A stretch of DNA of 64,000 nt from Octopus bimaculoides (Eukaryota), in the NCBI RefSeq assembly GCF_001194135.2, contig NC_068983.1, forward strand, positions 102,919,195-102,983,194. The letters run 5' to 3'. Below the pieces are notes generated by a model. It made no database searches and had not been told where the DNA came from. It was given only the letters and a program-made list of their open reading frames with translations. Both the position numbers and the translations under genes were made by a program. Positions 12,663 through 25,316 of this stretch are shown here, piece by piece (within the stretch, counting starts at the first letter, position 1; every line of letters starts with the position of its first letter).

Positions 12663-12959
12663 CAGGGGTTTTCAAACTTTTTGACTTGCGGACCCCTTTA
12701 TATTTCAGACTTTACCTTAGGGACCCCCTTATAAACGCTTATGAAATTTATACATAAATATTTGCTTAAAATAACATATATTTTTACATTTATTTATTTA
12801 ACAGTATTTAACAAATAGGTTTATTGTCAATTTAAAGATTTCGATTAAAAAACATATATAAAATCAAATTGCCCATAAAAAGTATTTGCTGTCAACGGAT
12901 CCCCTGTCTTGTCCTTGCGGACCCCCTGTGGTCCGCGGACCACAGTTTGAAAACCCCTG
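12663..12959. mobile_element. hAT-type MITE
   Basis: TIR CAGGGGTTTTCAAACT / AGTTTGAAAACCCCTG; 8-bp TSD ATCTAATC on both sides. Confidence 0.93.
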
Positions 12960-13665
12960 ATCTAATCGGTAAAAGCATTTCAGTTATGACCATCACATTT
13001 TAGCTTGTATAGATAGAAGTGTAAGAGGAAGAGGAACTTTGAGACAGGTAGATCATAGCATTTTTAAGAGAAAGAACAATATTCTTCACAGTATAGATTT
13101 ATTATTTCAATGACAGGGAGCAAAATAAATTGCTCCACTTGTTTGAAATAGCAGTCAAATTTCTGTTAAGCCACATTGTATTGCCTCAAAAAGAAATGAT
13201 GCTATCTAAATTTACACTGAATGATATAGTGATAGATACATAGTGCCTTCAGAAATAAAAGATGAGATGGTCATGGTTGGAGGTCTGCTTAATCAGGAAA
13301 TATGAAGCTAAACAAAAACAAATCATACTAGGCTCTGTTCTAGAAAGGACTGTATATATCCAAGATTTACAAAACAAACAGTTTAGCAGTTAAATCTAGT
13401 ATATCTAAATATACATTGCAATTCGAAGGTCAAAACAACAGTTCATTATCCACTCAGCCAACTCTTCTTTTGCAGTTTCAATAACATTTTCTTCTTTGTT
13501 CCTATAACAGTTCCTTACACGAAAAAAAAAACGAGACTGATAAAGGTGGTAAAATATTGAGTTTCATTTTTTGTTATCATGTAAAAGTGCAATCTTAACA
13601 TAATAAAAAGAATCAAATTCCATCTCTTTTAACAATGTTATGGTAGACTGAATTAACTTACATAC

Positions 13666-13819
13666 CGTTTGGTTGGCCCTTGCATTCGCACTCGGAATAA
13701 ACCATTTTGTAACGCATGAATAAATATAATATATATCTCTTGGTTTCTCTGAGTTGTTGATGCACTGGAATTGTAGCTATACTGCTCCATTCCTGTGTTG
13801 GTGTAACTTAGTAAGTCAT
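13666..13819 (-). CDS. RALGAPB: RALGAPB exon, 154 nt, phase 1-2
   Basis: cttttag / gtatgt. NDLLSYTNTGMEQYSYNSSASTTQRNQEIYIIFIHALQNGLFRVRMQGPTKR; IFIH..N.GLFR motif. Confidence 0.93.
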
Positions 13820-15174
13820 CTAAAAGATAACCAAATAAATAACATGAAAGACAGTAAATCCTTTATCATTCGTGACACTAATGTTGTTAGGTTTGTTGAT
13901 GTAGTCATTATTGAAGATAATGACACTAAAAAAGAATGTGACACCTTATCTGATTTGGAGGGAGTGTTCCAGTCATGAAAGGTGATATATCAATCAAATT
14001 AATGAAACATCACTGTCTTCATAGTGTCCAGATTTGGCTAGTCTCATTACAACCACCTCTGTCAATCTAGTAAGTTTTCCTAACTTATATTATAGGTAGT
14101 ACTGTCACCATAGTAACTAATAAATTTTGATTAAAAATGCAGGAATTTTTTAAGTGTGAGTTTGTCAATACAATGCAACATAGACTTCAAAAAAAGACTA
14201 TATGTATGTATGTGTATATGTGTGTGTGTATATATATATTTTTTTTTTGGGGGGGGGGTTTATGTATGTGTATGTGTTTGTTTTTATGTCTTTCAACATA
14301 TAGACAATGCAATACAGACCTTAAAAAAGACTTTCACTTGGAAATGATTCAACAAATATTTTTACGAGCAGCGTAGCAACAGGAAATGACCTAGTCTCCA
14401 ATAAAGGTGGAAACTATACAAACAGAATATTTTTACTTCTGCAATGTAAGCACCAGCCCTAAAGCTCAACTTGGGTAAGATTTATGGAAGAAGCTGGTAC
14501 ATAATTCTATCTACATTAGTATGAAGTGAATGAAAAACTTTTACTTTTTACTTGCATTATTCATTCATTAGACTGCAGCCATGCTGGGATACCATCTTGA
14601 TGGGTTTAGTCAAACAAACTGACCTCAGTACTTATTTCTTTTTTTTTCTAAGTTTGGGACTTATTCTATTGGTCACTTATGCTGAATTGCTAAGTTATGG
14701 GGATGTAGACTAACCAACACCAGTTGTCAAGCAGTGGTGGGGTACAAACACAACATGAAGATACATGTTAAGTTCAGTCCTACTGTTCAGCACTTTGGGC
14801 AAGTACTACAGACATAGGCCAACTAATTCCTTGTGAGTAAATTTGGAAAAAGAGACTGTGTGGAAGCCTGCTCTGTGTGTGTGTTGCCTCTCACTGCTTC
14901 ACAACCAGTGTTGGAATGTTTACTTCTCCCATAACTTAGTAGTTTAGTTAAAAAGACTGTTAGAATAAATACTGAACTTAAAATAGATCTTAGGGTCGAT
15001 TTGATTGACTAAACCTTCGAAAGTGGTATCCCCGTTTGACTGCAGTTGAATGACTGAAGCCAGAATATATATATAAGTGTGCGTGCACAGATGAGCACAT
15101 AAGTGTAAAACAAGGTGAAAAAAATAGTACTTGAATACCAAAGGTAGAATAATATGTTTTTTTTTGTTTTATTA

Positions 15175-15296
15175 AAGCTGCAAAATTATCACAGAACTAT
15201 TACTCAGAGTTTCACATTCCGGTCCATTAGATAGAACTGTCTGACAAATGGGAACGTGAGACTCTGAATAACAGTTCTGTGATAATTTTGCAGCTT
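15175..15296. repeat. Foldback hairpin with about 47-bp arms
   Basis: AAGCTGCAAAATTATCACAGAACT.. pairs with ..AGTTCTGTGATAATTTTGCAGCTT. Confidence 0.85.
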
Positions 15297-15305
15297 ATGC
15301 GTGTA

Positions 15306-15362
<57 letters not shown>

Positions 15363-15577
15363 NNNNNNNNNNGCTACACCAGGCTCCAATCTGATTTGGC
15401 AGAGTTTCTACAGCTGGATGTCCTTCCTAACGCCAACCACTCAGAGAGTGTAGTGGTGCTTTTATGTGTCACCCGCACGAAGGCCAGTCAGGCGGTACTG
15501 GCAACAGCCACGCTCAAGATGGTGTATTTTATGTGCCACCTGCACAAGAGCCAGTCCAGGGGCACTGGCAATGCAAA

Positions 15578-15714
15578 CATGGCTGTGTGGCTTGCTTCCC
15601 AACTACATGGTTCTGTATTCAGTCCCACTGTCTTAGGCAAGTGTCTTCTACTCTAGCTCCAGGTTGACCAAACATCTTGTAAATGGATTTAGTACACAGA
15701 AACTGAAAGAAGCC

Positions 15715-15794
<80 letters not shown>

Positions 15795-16035
15795 ACACAT
15801 GTGTTAGAATCTCCTTGCATTGATATCATGTGATAGTTGAGTGTCACTAGCATGCAAGCAGTGCCCTTCATTTCCAATCTTCCCGGACATGTCTGGTAAT
15901 AGGAAAATATTACCTTGTTTGGAAACAGGTGAGGATTGATGTCAGGAAGGGTATCCAGTCATAGAAAAATACATCTCAATAAATCTGTCCAATCCATGCA
16001 AGTATGGGAAAGTGGACATTAAGTGACGATGATGA
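15578..16035 (+). mobile_element. SINE with family A head and RTE-type 3' tail
   Basis: Head as in family A; 3' end CCAATCCATGCAAGTATGGGAAAGTGGACATTAA..GATGATG resembles the RTE LINE 3' end. Confidence 0.7.
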
Positions 16036-16161
16036 GCATGAATAGAAGGAAAGAATAGACAGTGGTCAGAAGAGATGTGAAATAAATCAAATTCTGAGGA
16101 TGCTAATGTATAAATTATGGCAAAATATCTTCTGAGAGTTGAACAGTGAAAAAATACTTAC

Positions 16162-16413
16162 TGGAAGGAAAATTATCACAGTCTTCAAAGCTTTCTAACC
16201 ATACTACAAACACCCGTGTGTCTGGCCCAACGGCCAAAGATGAATGACGACCATATTTTTTGCCTCTCATTATTGGAACTTCTGGAGGTGAACCAGGACT
16301 CTCTTTTTCTTTACCATTTTTGTCTGCCAACAAGATAAGAGACTTTGGTTTGGTCAAACTGAGATCAGTTCCGGTTGAGAACTTTTTATTGATGGATCCT
16401 GACTGGTTTTTGT
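16162..16413 (-). CDS. RALGAPB: RALGAPB exon, 252 nt, phase 1-1
   Basis: aattttag / gtaagt. KNQSGSINKKFSTGTDLSL...LAVGPDTRVFVVWLESFEDCDNFPS matches recalled [21 protein letters not shown]. Confidence 0.92.
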
Positions 16414-16988
16414 CTAAAATTAAAGATCAAAAGATGGCATTTAAATCATTCAAAATAAATTATTCAGAATTCAAGAAATTGGTTTCTTATTTAAGCTCAA
16501 GGCAAATTTTTGTTTCTTTCTTGTTAAGGAAGATTATAGTAAACTGAATCAACAACAGTATATTACTGGAGAGATAATTGTCAAAGCCAATCTTAGTAGA
16601 ACTTAATCATTTATTTACATTACATATCTAAACTGATGTATTCATTTTCCCCTGCATGTACCAATATTGTTTTCACACCCAGGCACCTATTTTACTTTCA
16701 CTTGACACTTGACCAGTCTCTTTGTCTTCAAAGGCCATGCTTCAATATGTAACAGAATCATACTTAAGCTGTTGCATATATACAGAGAAACCAAAAGTAG
16801 TGAGTCCTTAATGCCTTTCCAGCTAAGTTTCAATCTATACTATCATTAGCTCTTCTTTTAGTACAATGTTAGTTAAATAACAGAAAATTTTATAAACAGA
16901 AAGTATTTTAGCAAACTAAAATANNNNNNNNNNNNNNNNNNNNNNNNNNNNNNNNNNNNNNNNNNNNNNNNNNNNNNNNNNNNNNNNN

Positions 16989-17114
16989 ATCCATTGTGTA
17001 CCGTATCTGTTGAAGGAACCACAAATGCTACTTCAGAAGAGACATCTGCCCAGTAAAGGATTTGTTGCCGACCATCATAAATACTGCCACCCGTATTGGA
17101 AGGAATTTCATCTT
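16989..17114 (-). CDS. RALGAPB: RALGAPB exon; 3' end runs into N gap 16924-16988
   Basis: Acceptor tactttatag, phase 1. EDEIPSNTGGSIYDGRQQILYWADVSSEVAFVVPSTDTVHNG matches recalled [27 protein letters not shown] of the GAP-like domain. Confidence 0.9.
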
Positions 17115-17256
17115 CTATAAAGTAAACAAAGATAAAGAGAAATATATTTTATCATTTCAGCTTCTAAGAAACAAGCAACAAGCACTTCTGCACCAACAAG
17201 GAAGCTTAAAGTTCAGGCAGATGAATGATATAAAAAAAAATTTTAATATTTCTTAC

Positions 17257-17395
17257 CATTGACATCTTCTTCATGAATAAGTTTCCAGCTGGTCGATAAA
17301 TTACCTGTCCAGCCGGCATGTTTCTGTACAAACACAGGCCAACCAAGGGACTGTAAAAATTCTAGAAACTGAGGCTGCACACTGTCAACAGAGTT
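17257..17395 (-). CDS. RALGAPB: RALGAPB exon, 139 nt, phase 0-1
   Basis: tttttcag / gtaaga. NSVDSVQPQFLEFLQSLGWPVFVQKHAGWTGNLSTSWKLIHEEDVN matches recalled [26 protein letters not shown]. Confidence 0.95.
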
Positions 17396-17533
17396 CTGAA
17401 AAATAAATAAAAGACGACAAAGGGTTATATGAGGATTATCTCAATATTTGATCCGTTACCCTTAACTATGGACATGGTTTAGTCAGAGTTGTGAGAAAGA
17501 AGTCTGCTTTGTTTAATAATAACAAGGATTTAA

Positions 17534-17767
17534 CCCTTTAGCATTTAAACCAGCCATATCCAGTTTAAAAGCAGGAAGAAAATATTCTACCTGTTTTATG
17601 TTCATACTAGCCCGATCCAACCCTTTACACTTACTCTACAATGTCATCCTAAAATATAGACAATCACATCACTGAAATCTCAAAGGTATGAGATAATGCA
17701 TGATTAATTCAAAACAATGTGAATAAATAAACATTATATTTGACAGAGTAATCTGAATGCTACATGG
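17534..17767. mobile_element. piggyBac-like MITE family 1, opposite orientation
   Basis: TTAA|CCCTTTAGCATT ... AATGCTACATGG|TTAA; internal similarity to the reverse complement of 701-918. Confidence 0.75.
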
Positions 17768-18396
17768 TTAATTTAGTATGGGTCTCAAGTATTAGATTCA
17801 GTATGGCCTTCATTCTGGAATATAAATTCCATTTTTTGTCACCTTACAATGATGAAATACAGCTTTGGTTTGGTCATTATACAATAGAATTTAATTTTAT
17901 TGCTACACTGAAAACATCAAACTTCAGATGACATCTGATGTATTACACTTGAGTATACATTACTGCTAAATTGAGTGATCAATCACCAACTTCGAACAGT
18001 CTTCTCCATTAAGCCAGATAGTTGTCTGAGGATGACTGCTGAAACAACCTGCATTTTTAAACTAATTTTATTTATATTTACAGATATTTTAACAGGTTGA
18101 AAACTACCTTTCAACAAGATATTTTACTCATTACTGAAGCTATCTTATCTGGAAAATAGATAACAGTTTCTCTTTAAGAGACAATTAAATTGTTCTATTA
18201 TATATACCATTCATGCTGACAAAAAGAAAATAGAATAAACAAATAAGTATTTCTAAAAATTTGTACATCTGTGTATTTGTAAAAAAAAATATATAGATAA
18301 CTAAAAAGAGGTATTTCATTAGAATATATGAGTGCATAAGAATGCAAATATATGCATGTGCAATTGAAGGTAAAAGAGAGGTAGATAGATAGACAG

Positions 18397-18435
<39 letters not shown>

Positions 18436-18598
18436 CAGGGAGAGTAATACCAGTAAAAACACAGAAAGGAACATGCCATGGTGATAATATGAAATGGATT
18501 TTGAATTTACTAGTTTTGGGTTAGTCATCAAAAAACTTAAACAGTTAACTTGATTTATAACATGTGTCAAATTGAAGGAAAATACAAAAATACATTAC

Positions 18599-18772
18599 CA
18601 CATTTTGTACAATTTCTTCAGGAGTTTTCTGGCCAGACTTCATGTAAAACACATGCACAGTATCACTATCACGGCTTGGAATTCCATCTAATGTTTCAAG
18701 ATCTGAGAACAAGGCACTGTTTGTACTGTCTAAAATTACCAAGGGTGGCGGAACGCTGCTGTTACTTGATTC
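18599..18772 (-). CDS. RALGAPB: RALGAPB exon, 174 nt, phase 0-0
   Basis: gttgaaag / gtaatg. ESSNSSVPPPLVILDSTNSALFSDLETLDGIPSRDSDTVHVFYMKSGQKTPEEIVQNV; start of the GAP-like domain (DTV..FYMK.GQKT). Confidence 0.93.
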
Positions 18773-19086
18773 CTTTCAACAAATAGAAATTAGAACCTAT
18801 GATGATTTTGTTGTCAAAATGGATTTAGATTCAAAATTTTAGTTGATGCAATGATGAATCATGGCTATACACACACATACAAACAAACACACACATAATT
18901 AAAAATATATATATATGTGTCCTTGTTAATTCAAATGTACAGGGCTGGTACTCAATATTTAATGCAGAATTAATATAATAATCCTTTCTCCAATATATAC
19001 CAAGAAGAAGCAATGCTAAACTTGAACTAAAAAGAAATAAAAATTGAAAACACAGTTCTTCCACTGTTGTTGTTGGTCTTCTTCTT

Positions 19087-19142
<56 letters not shown>

Positions 19143-20533
19143 CAAGGCAGTGAGCTGATGGAAGAATCATTAGCATACCAGACAGGATGCTTAGCAGCAT
19201 TTCATCTGAGTTCAGATTCTGCCAAAGCTGACTTTACCTTTTATCCTTTTGGAGTTGATAAAAATAAGTACAGTTAAGCACTGGAAAAAATTCCAAGCCC
19301 TGTGTCTACAGTAGAGAGGATTACTATTATCATTATTAATAAGGCGGCAAGCCAACAGAATTGTTAGCACATCAGACAAAAATGCTTAGCAGCATTTCTC
19401 CCTGCTCTGTACAGTCTCATCTTAAATCCTGCTGAGATCATCTTTGCTTTTTATCCTTTCATCATTATCATCATCATTTAATGTCTGTTATCCATGCTGG
19501 CATGCATTGGACAGTTTGACCAAAGCTGACACGCAGAAGAGCTGCACCAGACTCCAGCCTGATTTGGCATGGTTTCTATGGCTGGATGCCCTCCCCAATG
19601 CCAACTGCTTTGTGTGCTGGCTGCTTTTACATGGCACCACCACAAGTGCTTTACAACACCAGAAGGATCGATCTTAACACTCCTGCTGCAGGGTATGGGT
19701 CTTCTTGAGTACAACAAAGCAGCAGATATCTTAGTCCTTTGTCATCTTGCCTGAAAGGTTCGGCATCCAGCCCTTTCAGAGTTGATAAAATAAAGTATCA
19801 GTCAAAACCTGAGGTCAATGCCATCAACTACCCACCCACTGGTCTTGTACCAAAATTAGAAATTATATATGTTACTGATGCTTTAACAGTATCTTTCTTC
19901 AAAGCAATTCTGTATTACAGAGTATATCTTTTTACTTTTACTTGTTTCAGTCATTTGATTGCAGTCATGCTGGGGCAGCAGATCGAGGAATTTTAGTCAA
20001 ACCAATTGGTCCCAGTACTTCTTCTTATGCATGTTACTTAAATTATCAGTCGCTTTTGCTGAACCACTAAGTTATGGGGATGTAAACACACCAACACCAG
20101 TTGTCAAATGGTAGTGGGGAACAAACACAGACACAAAGACACACACACAATGAGCTTCTTTCAGTTTCCATCTACCAAATCCACTCAGAAGGCTTTGGTT
20201 GGCCTGAGGCTATAGTAGAAGACACTTGCCTAACGTGCCATGTAGTGGGACTGAACCTAGAACTATGCGGTTGTGGAGCAAGCTTCTTACCACACAACCA
20301 AAATTTTAGTCCACACCCTATGTAATAAACATGTAAGCATCTTGTCTCTGTATACAATACTTTTGTGGACAAACAGTGTTGGATAAAAATCTTTAGATAT
20401 AGTCATTTGCACACAAAAGCACTGGAGTAAAACATTTAATACACCAGTAATTTATTAATTGATGTAGCTGACATCAATGCATTACCAATCACTTAATCTA
20501 ATTTGTGTGTGTGTGTTTGTGTATGTGCATATA

Positions 20534-20564
<31 letters not shown>

Positions 20565-20865
20565 NNNNNNNNNNNNNNNNNNNNNNNNNNNNNNNNNNNN
20601 NNNNNNNNNNNNNNNNNNNNNNNNNNNNNNNNNNNNNNNNNNNNNNNNNNNNNNNNNNNNNNNNNNNNNNNNNNNNNNNNNNNNNNNNNNNNNNNNNNNN
20701 NNNNNNNNNNNNNNNNNNNNNNNNNNNNNNNNNNNNNNNNNNNNNNNNNNNNNNNNNNNNNNNNNNNNNNNNNNNNNNNNNNNNNNNNNNNNNNNNNNNN
20801 NNNNNNNNNNNNNNNNNNNNNNNNNNNNNNNNNNNNNNNNNNNNNNNNNNNNNNNNNNNTATATA

Positions 20866-22170
20866 TATCATCATCATCGTTTAACGTGTGCTTTCCATGC
20901 TGGCATGGGTTGGACAGTTTGACTGAGGACTGGCGAGCCAGCAGCTGCACCAGGCTCTAATCTGATCTGGCAATGCTTCTACAGCTGGATGCCCTTCCTA
21001 ATGCCAACCACTCTGAGTGTAGTGGGTGCTTTTTATATGCCACTGGCACAGGAGCCAGTCAGTGGGTACTGGCATTGGCCTCATTCGGATGGTGCATTTT
21101 ACGTGCCACCAGCATGGGAGCCAGTCAGGGGGCACTGGCCACAGCTACGATATTGGTTTTACTTGACTCAACAGGTCTTCTCAAGCATAACATATCGCAT
21201 CAGGGGTACTCTTAATTGGGCCGGATAGGTATGGCTGTGATCTCACTTTAGTTGCCGGGTCTTCTCAATCATAGCATATCTTCAAAGGTCTTGGTCTCCT
21301 ATCATTGCCTCTGTGAGACTCAATGTTTGAAGGTCATGCTTCACCACCTCATCCTATGTCTTCCTGGTTCTACCTTTTCCACAGGTTCCTTCCACAGTTA
21401 GGAAGTGGAACTTCCCCACACAGCTGTCCTCATCCATATGTAACATACTAGCGCAGTCGTCTCTCTTGCACACCACATTTGATGCTTCTTATGCCCAACT
21501 TTTTTCTTAGGGCGCTAACTCTCTGTCGTGTATGCAAACTGACATTACACATCCAGTGGATCATACTAGTTTTATTTCTTTCAATGTCCTCAGCAGTCAT
21601 GGCCCATGTTTCACTGCCGTGTAGCATGGCAGTTCACACACATACATCATACAGTCTACCATTCATCCTGAGTGAGAGGCCCTTAGTTGCCAGCAGAGGT
21701 AGGAGCTCTCTGAACTTTTCCTAGGCTGCTACACTCTCAGAGTAACCATCCCCACTACAGACTTGGTTGTCTAGGTAGCGGAAGTTATTAACTACTTCTA
21801 GTTTCTCCCACTGGCATGTGATGGAATCTGTTTTCTGTACATTTTCAGTGTTTATTGCCCCTGTACCTCTGCCACACAAAAACTATCTTCCGGGTTAAAA
21901 CTATCTTCCTTTGATATTGATGCATCTTTTATGTGTCCATAGCTTACACTGTGTACATCATATGGAGTTTCTACCCACGCCTTTTCTACAGATGGAACAG
22001 AGCAAACTACCTGAAGGAGTTTGTAATTTGACAGCCTTCCTGCTTACTAAGACTTTGATTTTTGCTACGTTAACCCAAAGGCCCTTCAATTCTAGACCTT
22101 GTTTCCACACCCTAAACTGCGTCTCTAGTTCTGGCAGTGACTCAACTTTAGAGCAAACCCCATCTTAAAT
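20866..22170 (-). mobile_element. RTE LINE 3' fragment, decayed
   Basis: 3' tail plus frameshifted C-terminal ORF homologous to 6544-6876. Confidence 0.8.
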
Positions 22171-22336
22171 GCAGAATGCATATTTTGTTAATATATTTGA
22201 GGTTTGCTTCCCCAGCAATCTCCATTGATTTCTGCATGTAAAGTGAATAAGAGTCAGTCTAATCATCATAGACTGTTACAAGCACAATTTTGATCCAAAC
22301 AACAGATGTATAATAACCAGATCAAATCAAACATAC

Positions 22337-22409
22337 CCTCAGTGCTTCCAGAGAAAGGAACCCATAATGTGAAAGAAATAACCGTGCTGTCTGAAACTCA
22401 TTTCGAATT
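22337..22409 (-). CDS. RALGAPB: RALGAPB exon, 73 nt, phase 2-0
   Basis: tcatttcag / gtatgt. [24 protein letters not shown] is near-identical to recalled [21 protein letters not shown]. Confidence 0.95.
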
Positions 22410-23227
22410 CTGAAATGAAAGAAAATAGTGTCATAAAAATAATCTTTTTATCAAAAGAAAACAAAAAAAAGACTGTGAGTATTCAAGGTAGTTGTGGGAA
22501 TATTGTAATGGTTCATATANNNNNNNNNNNNNNNNNNNNNNNNNNNNNNNNNNNNNNNNNNNNNNNNNNNNNNNNNNNNNNNNNNNNNNNNNNNNNNNNN
22601 NNNNNNNNNNNNNNNNNNNNNNNNNNNNNNNNNNNNNNNNNNNNNNNNNNNNNNNNNAGGACCATTGTAATAAATGCGTAAATCTGAGAAGGGGAATATG
22701 TTGAATAAAATCATAATTAAGTGGTCCTCCTGTATTTTCTTTTACTCAAAGCAAGGAATTTTCCAGCGCCTTTTCATACATTTATGCATGTTAATGTAAA
22801 TAGGATATGTGAAACCTCAGGCATAAATTTATAATCAAAGTTTAAAACACACTTTAAAATAACACCTAAGTAATGATTTGAAGATCCAAAGATAATTATC
22901 GTCATTTTAATGTCTGTTTTCCATTTCAGCAGGGATTGGACAGGCATCCTCCAGTACAGCATCTTGCCATTTGTAATCCTCCACAATTCCTTTTAAAAAG
23001 TTTAGCATCTTGAGATCAGTTTTCACCACTTCTTCTAATGCCTTCATTGATCTACCTCTTCTACATAATCCTTTCCCTTGGATTGTTTGGCATTTCATTA
23101 TACAATTTCATCCTCCAAATGCATTAACTGTCAACAGTTCAGTCTACTCTTTAGCAAACTACATCTGATTCCGTTTATGCCCAGGCTTTTTCACAGCCCA
23201 TATAACAGCTCTGTTGTTCATGTACAC

Positions 23228-23547
23228 CAGTGGTTCTCAACTGGGAGTCCACATAAGACTTTTGGGGATCTACACAACAAAATAGTAAACTAGTATTTTA
23301 AGGGCCCCTGAAAAAATTTTGCTCTAAATGTATGTATTGGTTATGTATTGTAAGAAACATCTAGGTTCTTTTTCTCTAACATTTTACATAGTTCAACCTA
23401 CCCAAGTTAATGTGTAAAAGACAAAGTAGGAATTTTGAAAGAAGTTTCTACAAAAACAGTTTTTAAACACTGAATGGCCAAGAGGGTCCACCAGAAAAAA
23501 ATAGAAATCAAAGGGGTCCATAGGTAAAAGATTGTTGAGAACACCTG
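23228..23547. mobile_element. hAT-type MITE inserted in an older LINE fragment
   Basis: TIR CAGTGGTTCTCAAC / GTTGAGAACACCTG; 8-bp TSD ATGTACAC on both sides. Confidence 0.9.
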
Positions 23548-24019
23548 ATGTACACCAACATTACACATCTTGCACAGCAATGTTTATCTCTGCTCTCTAA
23601 ACCTTCATACATTCTTTCATGGTTGATGAAGAAGCAAAAGAGTTCTTTTTCTTCTTTCTTTGTTACATGGGGATCAAGTAGTTGCTGGATAGCTCTGCTG
23701 ATTAAACATCCATACATTTTGCATTAAAAAATATGTGAATGTTTCTCCCTTATCAATTTGGATTAAAAACCTTATTGTTGCGTTTGTATTCAGAGTGATC
23801 ACTTTAAACCTTTCCCCTCTCTCTCTCTCTCTCTGATGGTGGTGGTGGTGGTGGTGTGGTGGGGTTATATTATCAGACGATTTAAGACTTAAAAAAAAAT
23901 AGTCTGTACTTTAAAGAAGCATAGACTTTGAGGAAAATGTCGAGCTCATCATTGCTCATTTAGAAACTTCCTATGAGAAGAGCAATAACTGGCAGTCTGC
24001 TTTTGGCAGCAAAACTTAC

Positions 24020-24202
24020 TTGGGTGGTTTGCATTCTGTGTCGGAGTTAACTTGATGACAGTTGCGTTTTCTCTTCTCAGTGACCTGTTCAGCAATGTTA
24101 TTTTCAAAAGCTACTTGTGTGTCTATTATCTGTCGAAGAACTTCAAGTTCTGATGAAGTCTTCTCTGTCACAATAGACTCCATAGTTGGAATGCTGAATT
24201 CT
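24020..24202 (-). CDS. RALGAPB: RALGAPB exon, 183 nt, phase 2-2
   Basis: cttttacag / gtaagt. EFSIPTMESIVTEKTSSELEVLRQIIDTQVAFENNIAEQVTEKRKRNCHQVNSDTECKPPK; phases join both neighbouring exons. Confidence 0.92.
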
Positions 24203-24487
24203 CTGTAAAAGATAAAAATTATTAAACTGAAATCTCTAATAAAGTAAAATGAATCATTTTTAGCCAAAAGAATATATGTATGTGTGCGAGTCTAAATCTA
24301 AGAAATAAAATGAAATTTGAAAATGAATTAATATTACATGATTTCAAAATGATGATGAGTGTGTATAGTGCACTGTATAAAATATATCATCATCATCATC
24401 ATTTAATGTCTGTTATCCATGCCTGCATAGGTTGAACGGTTTGATAGGAGCTGGCAAGCCAGAAGACTGCACCAGGCTTGTAGACAA

Positions 24488-25085
24488 TCCATCTTTCATC
24501 ACCAGTGATAATTCGTTTTAAAAAAAAGGTCAATTTCATTGCATTTGAGATGCATATCACAAATATTGATTCATTGTGTTAAGTGACTCTCTTTCAATTT
24601 ATGTGGAACCCAAGACATTCTAAGTGATTTTCAGTTGTTGTGTGTGATACATTTAACCTCTCTGCAATCTCTCGCACAGCTATATGACAACCAGATTCAA
24701 TTACGGCTTTGATTCTGTTATCATAGACTTCAGTAGGTCATCTTTGAGTGAAAAATCTCCAGAACGGAATTTTTAAAATCGTTTCTGACATGTGCATTCT
24801 GTTAAGCAATCCACACCATAAACTTCACATATCTCTTTGTGAGCCTTAGCAGAAATAAAAATGGAAAATATGGTGAAAACGTTTGTTTTTGCACTCCATG
24901 TTACAATTGACACTGCTAACAGCTGTAGACAAAATTACACGCAATTTACTTCTAAAGTAAGCTAAAAGTAACAGCTTTCAAATGTCAAAAGGTAAAAAAC
25001 AAATCATAACATTGACAAAAGTCATTCAAAAAGATCATAACTCTATCTATTTGCGAAAAACGAAATTACTTTCTTGCCAACCCAA
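24488..25085 (-). mobile_element. mariner relic, 5' half
   Basis: TIR TA|TTGGGTTGGCAAGAAAGTAATT; decayed N-terminus ..HKEICEVYGVDCLTECTCQK..KFRSGDFSLKDD. Confidence 0.8.
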
Positions 25086-25137
25086 TATTTATGCAGTCTC
25101 CAAGATCCCTTACTATTTTGGGGAATGGTTTGTTCAA

Positions 25138-25316
25138 CCCTTTTAATACCAATCTGCCTGAAACTGTCTTTGGGTCGATGATAAAATGTTCTTAAATTAA
25201 AACTTTCTTTCAACGCATCAAGTTAATTTCCAAACAACAACTAATAATTACAGTTATTTTACAAAAATCTTAATTAAACAGTGTGTATTTTCAACAGAAA
25301 TATGGTAACAAAAGGG
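25138..25316. mobile_element. piggyBac-like MITE family 2; related copy at about 8956-9150
   Basis: CCCTTTTAATACC ... GGTAACAAAAGGG|TTAA termini. Confidence 0.55.

Noticed and set aside
16260-16547. Plus-strand 95-aa ORF
   Set aside because: Antisense shadow of the RALGAPB exon.
17960-18052. Possible extra exon between 18599 and 17395
   Set aside because: No frame-preserving donor, and the flanking exons already join collinearly with the recalled orthologs.
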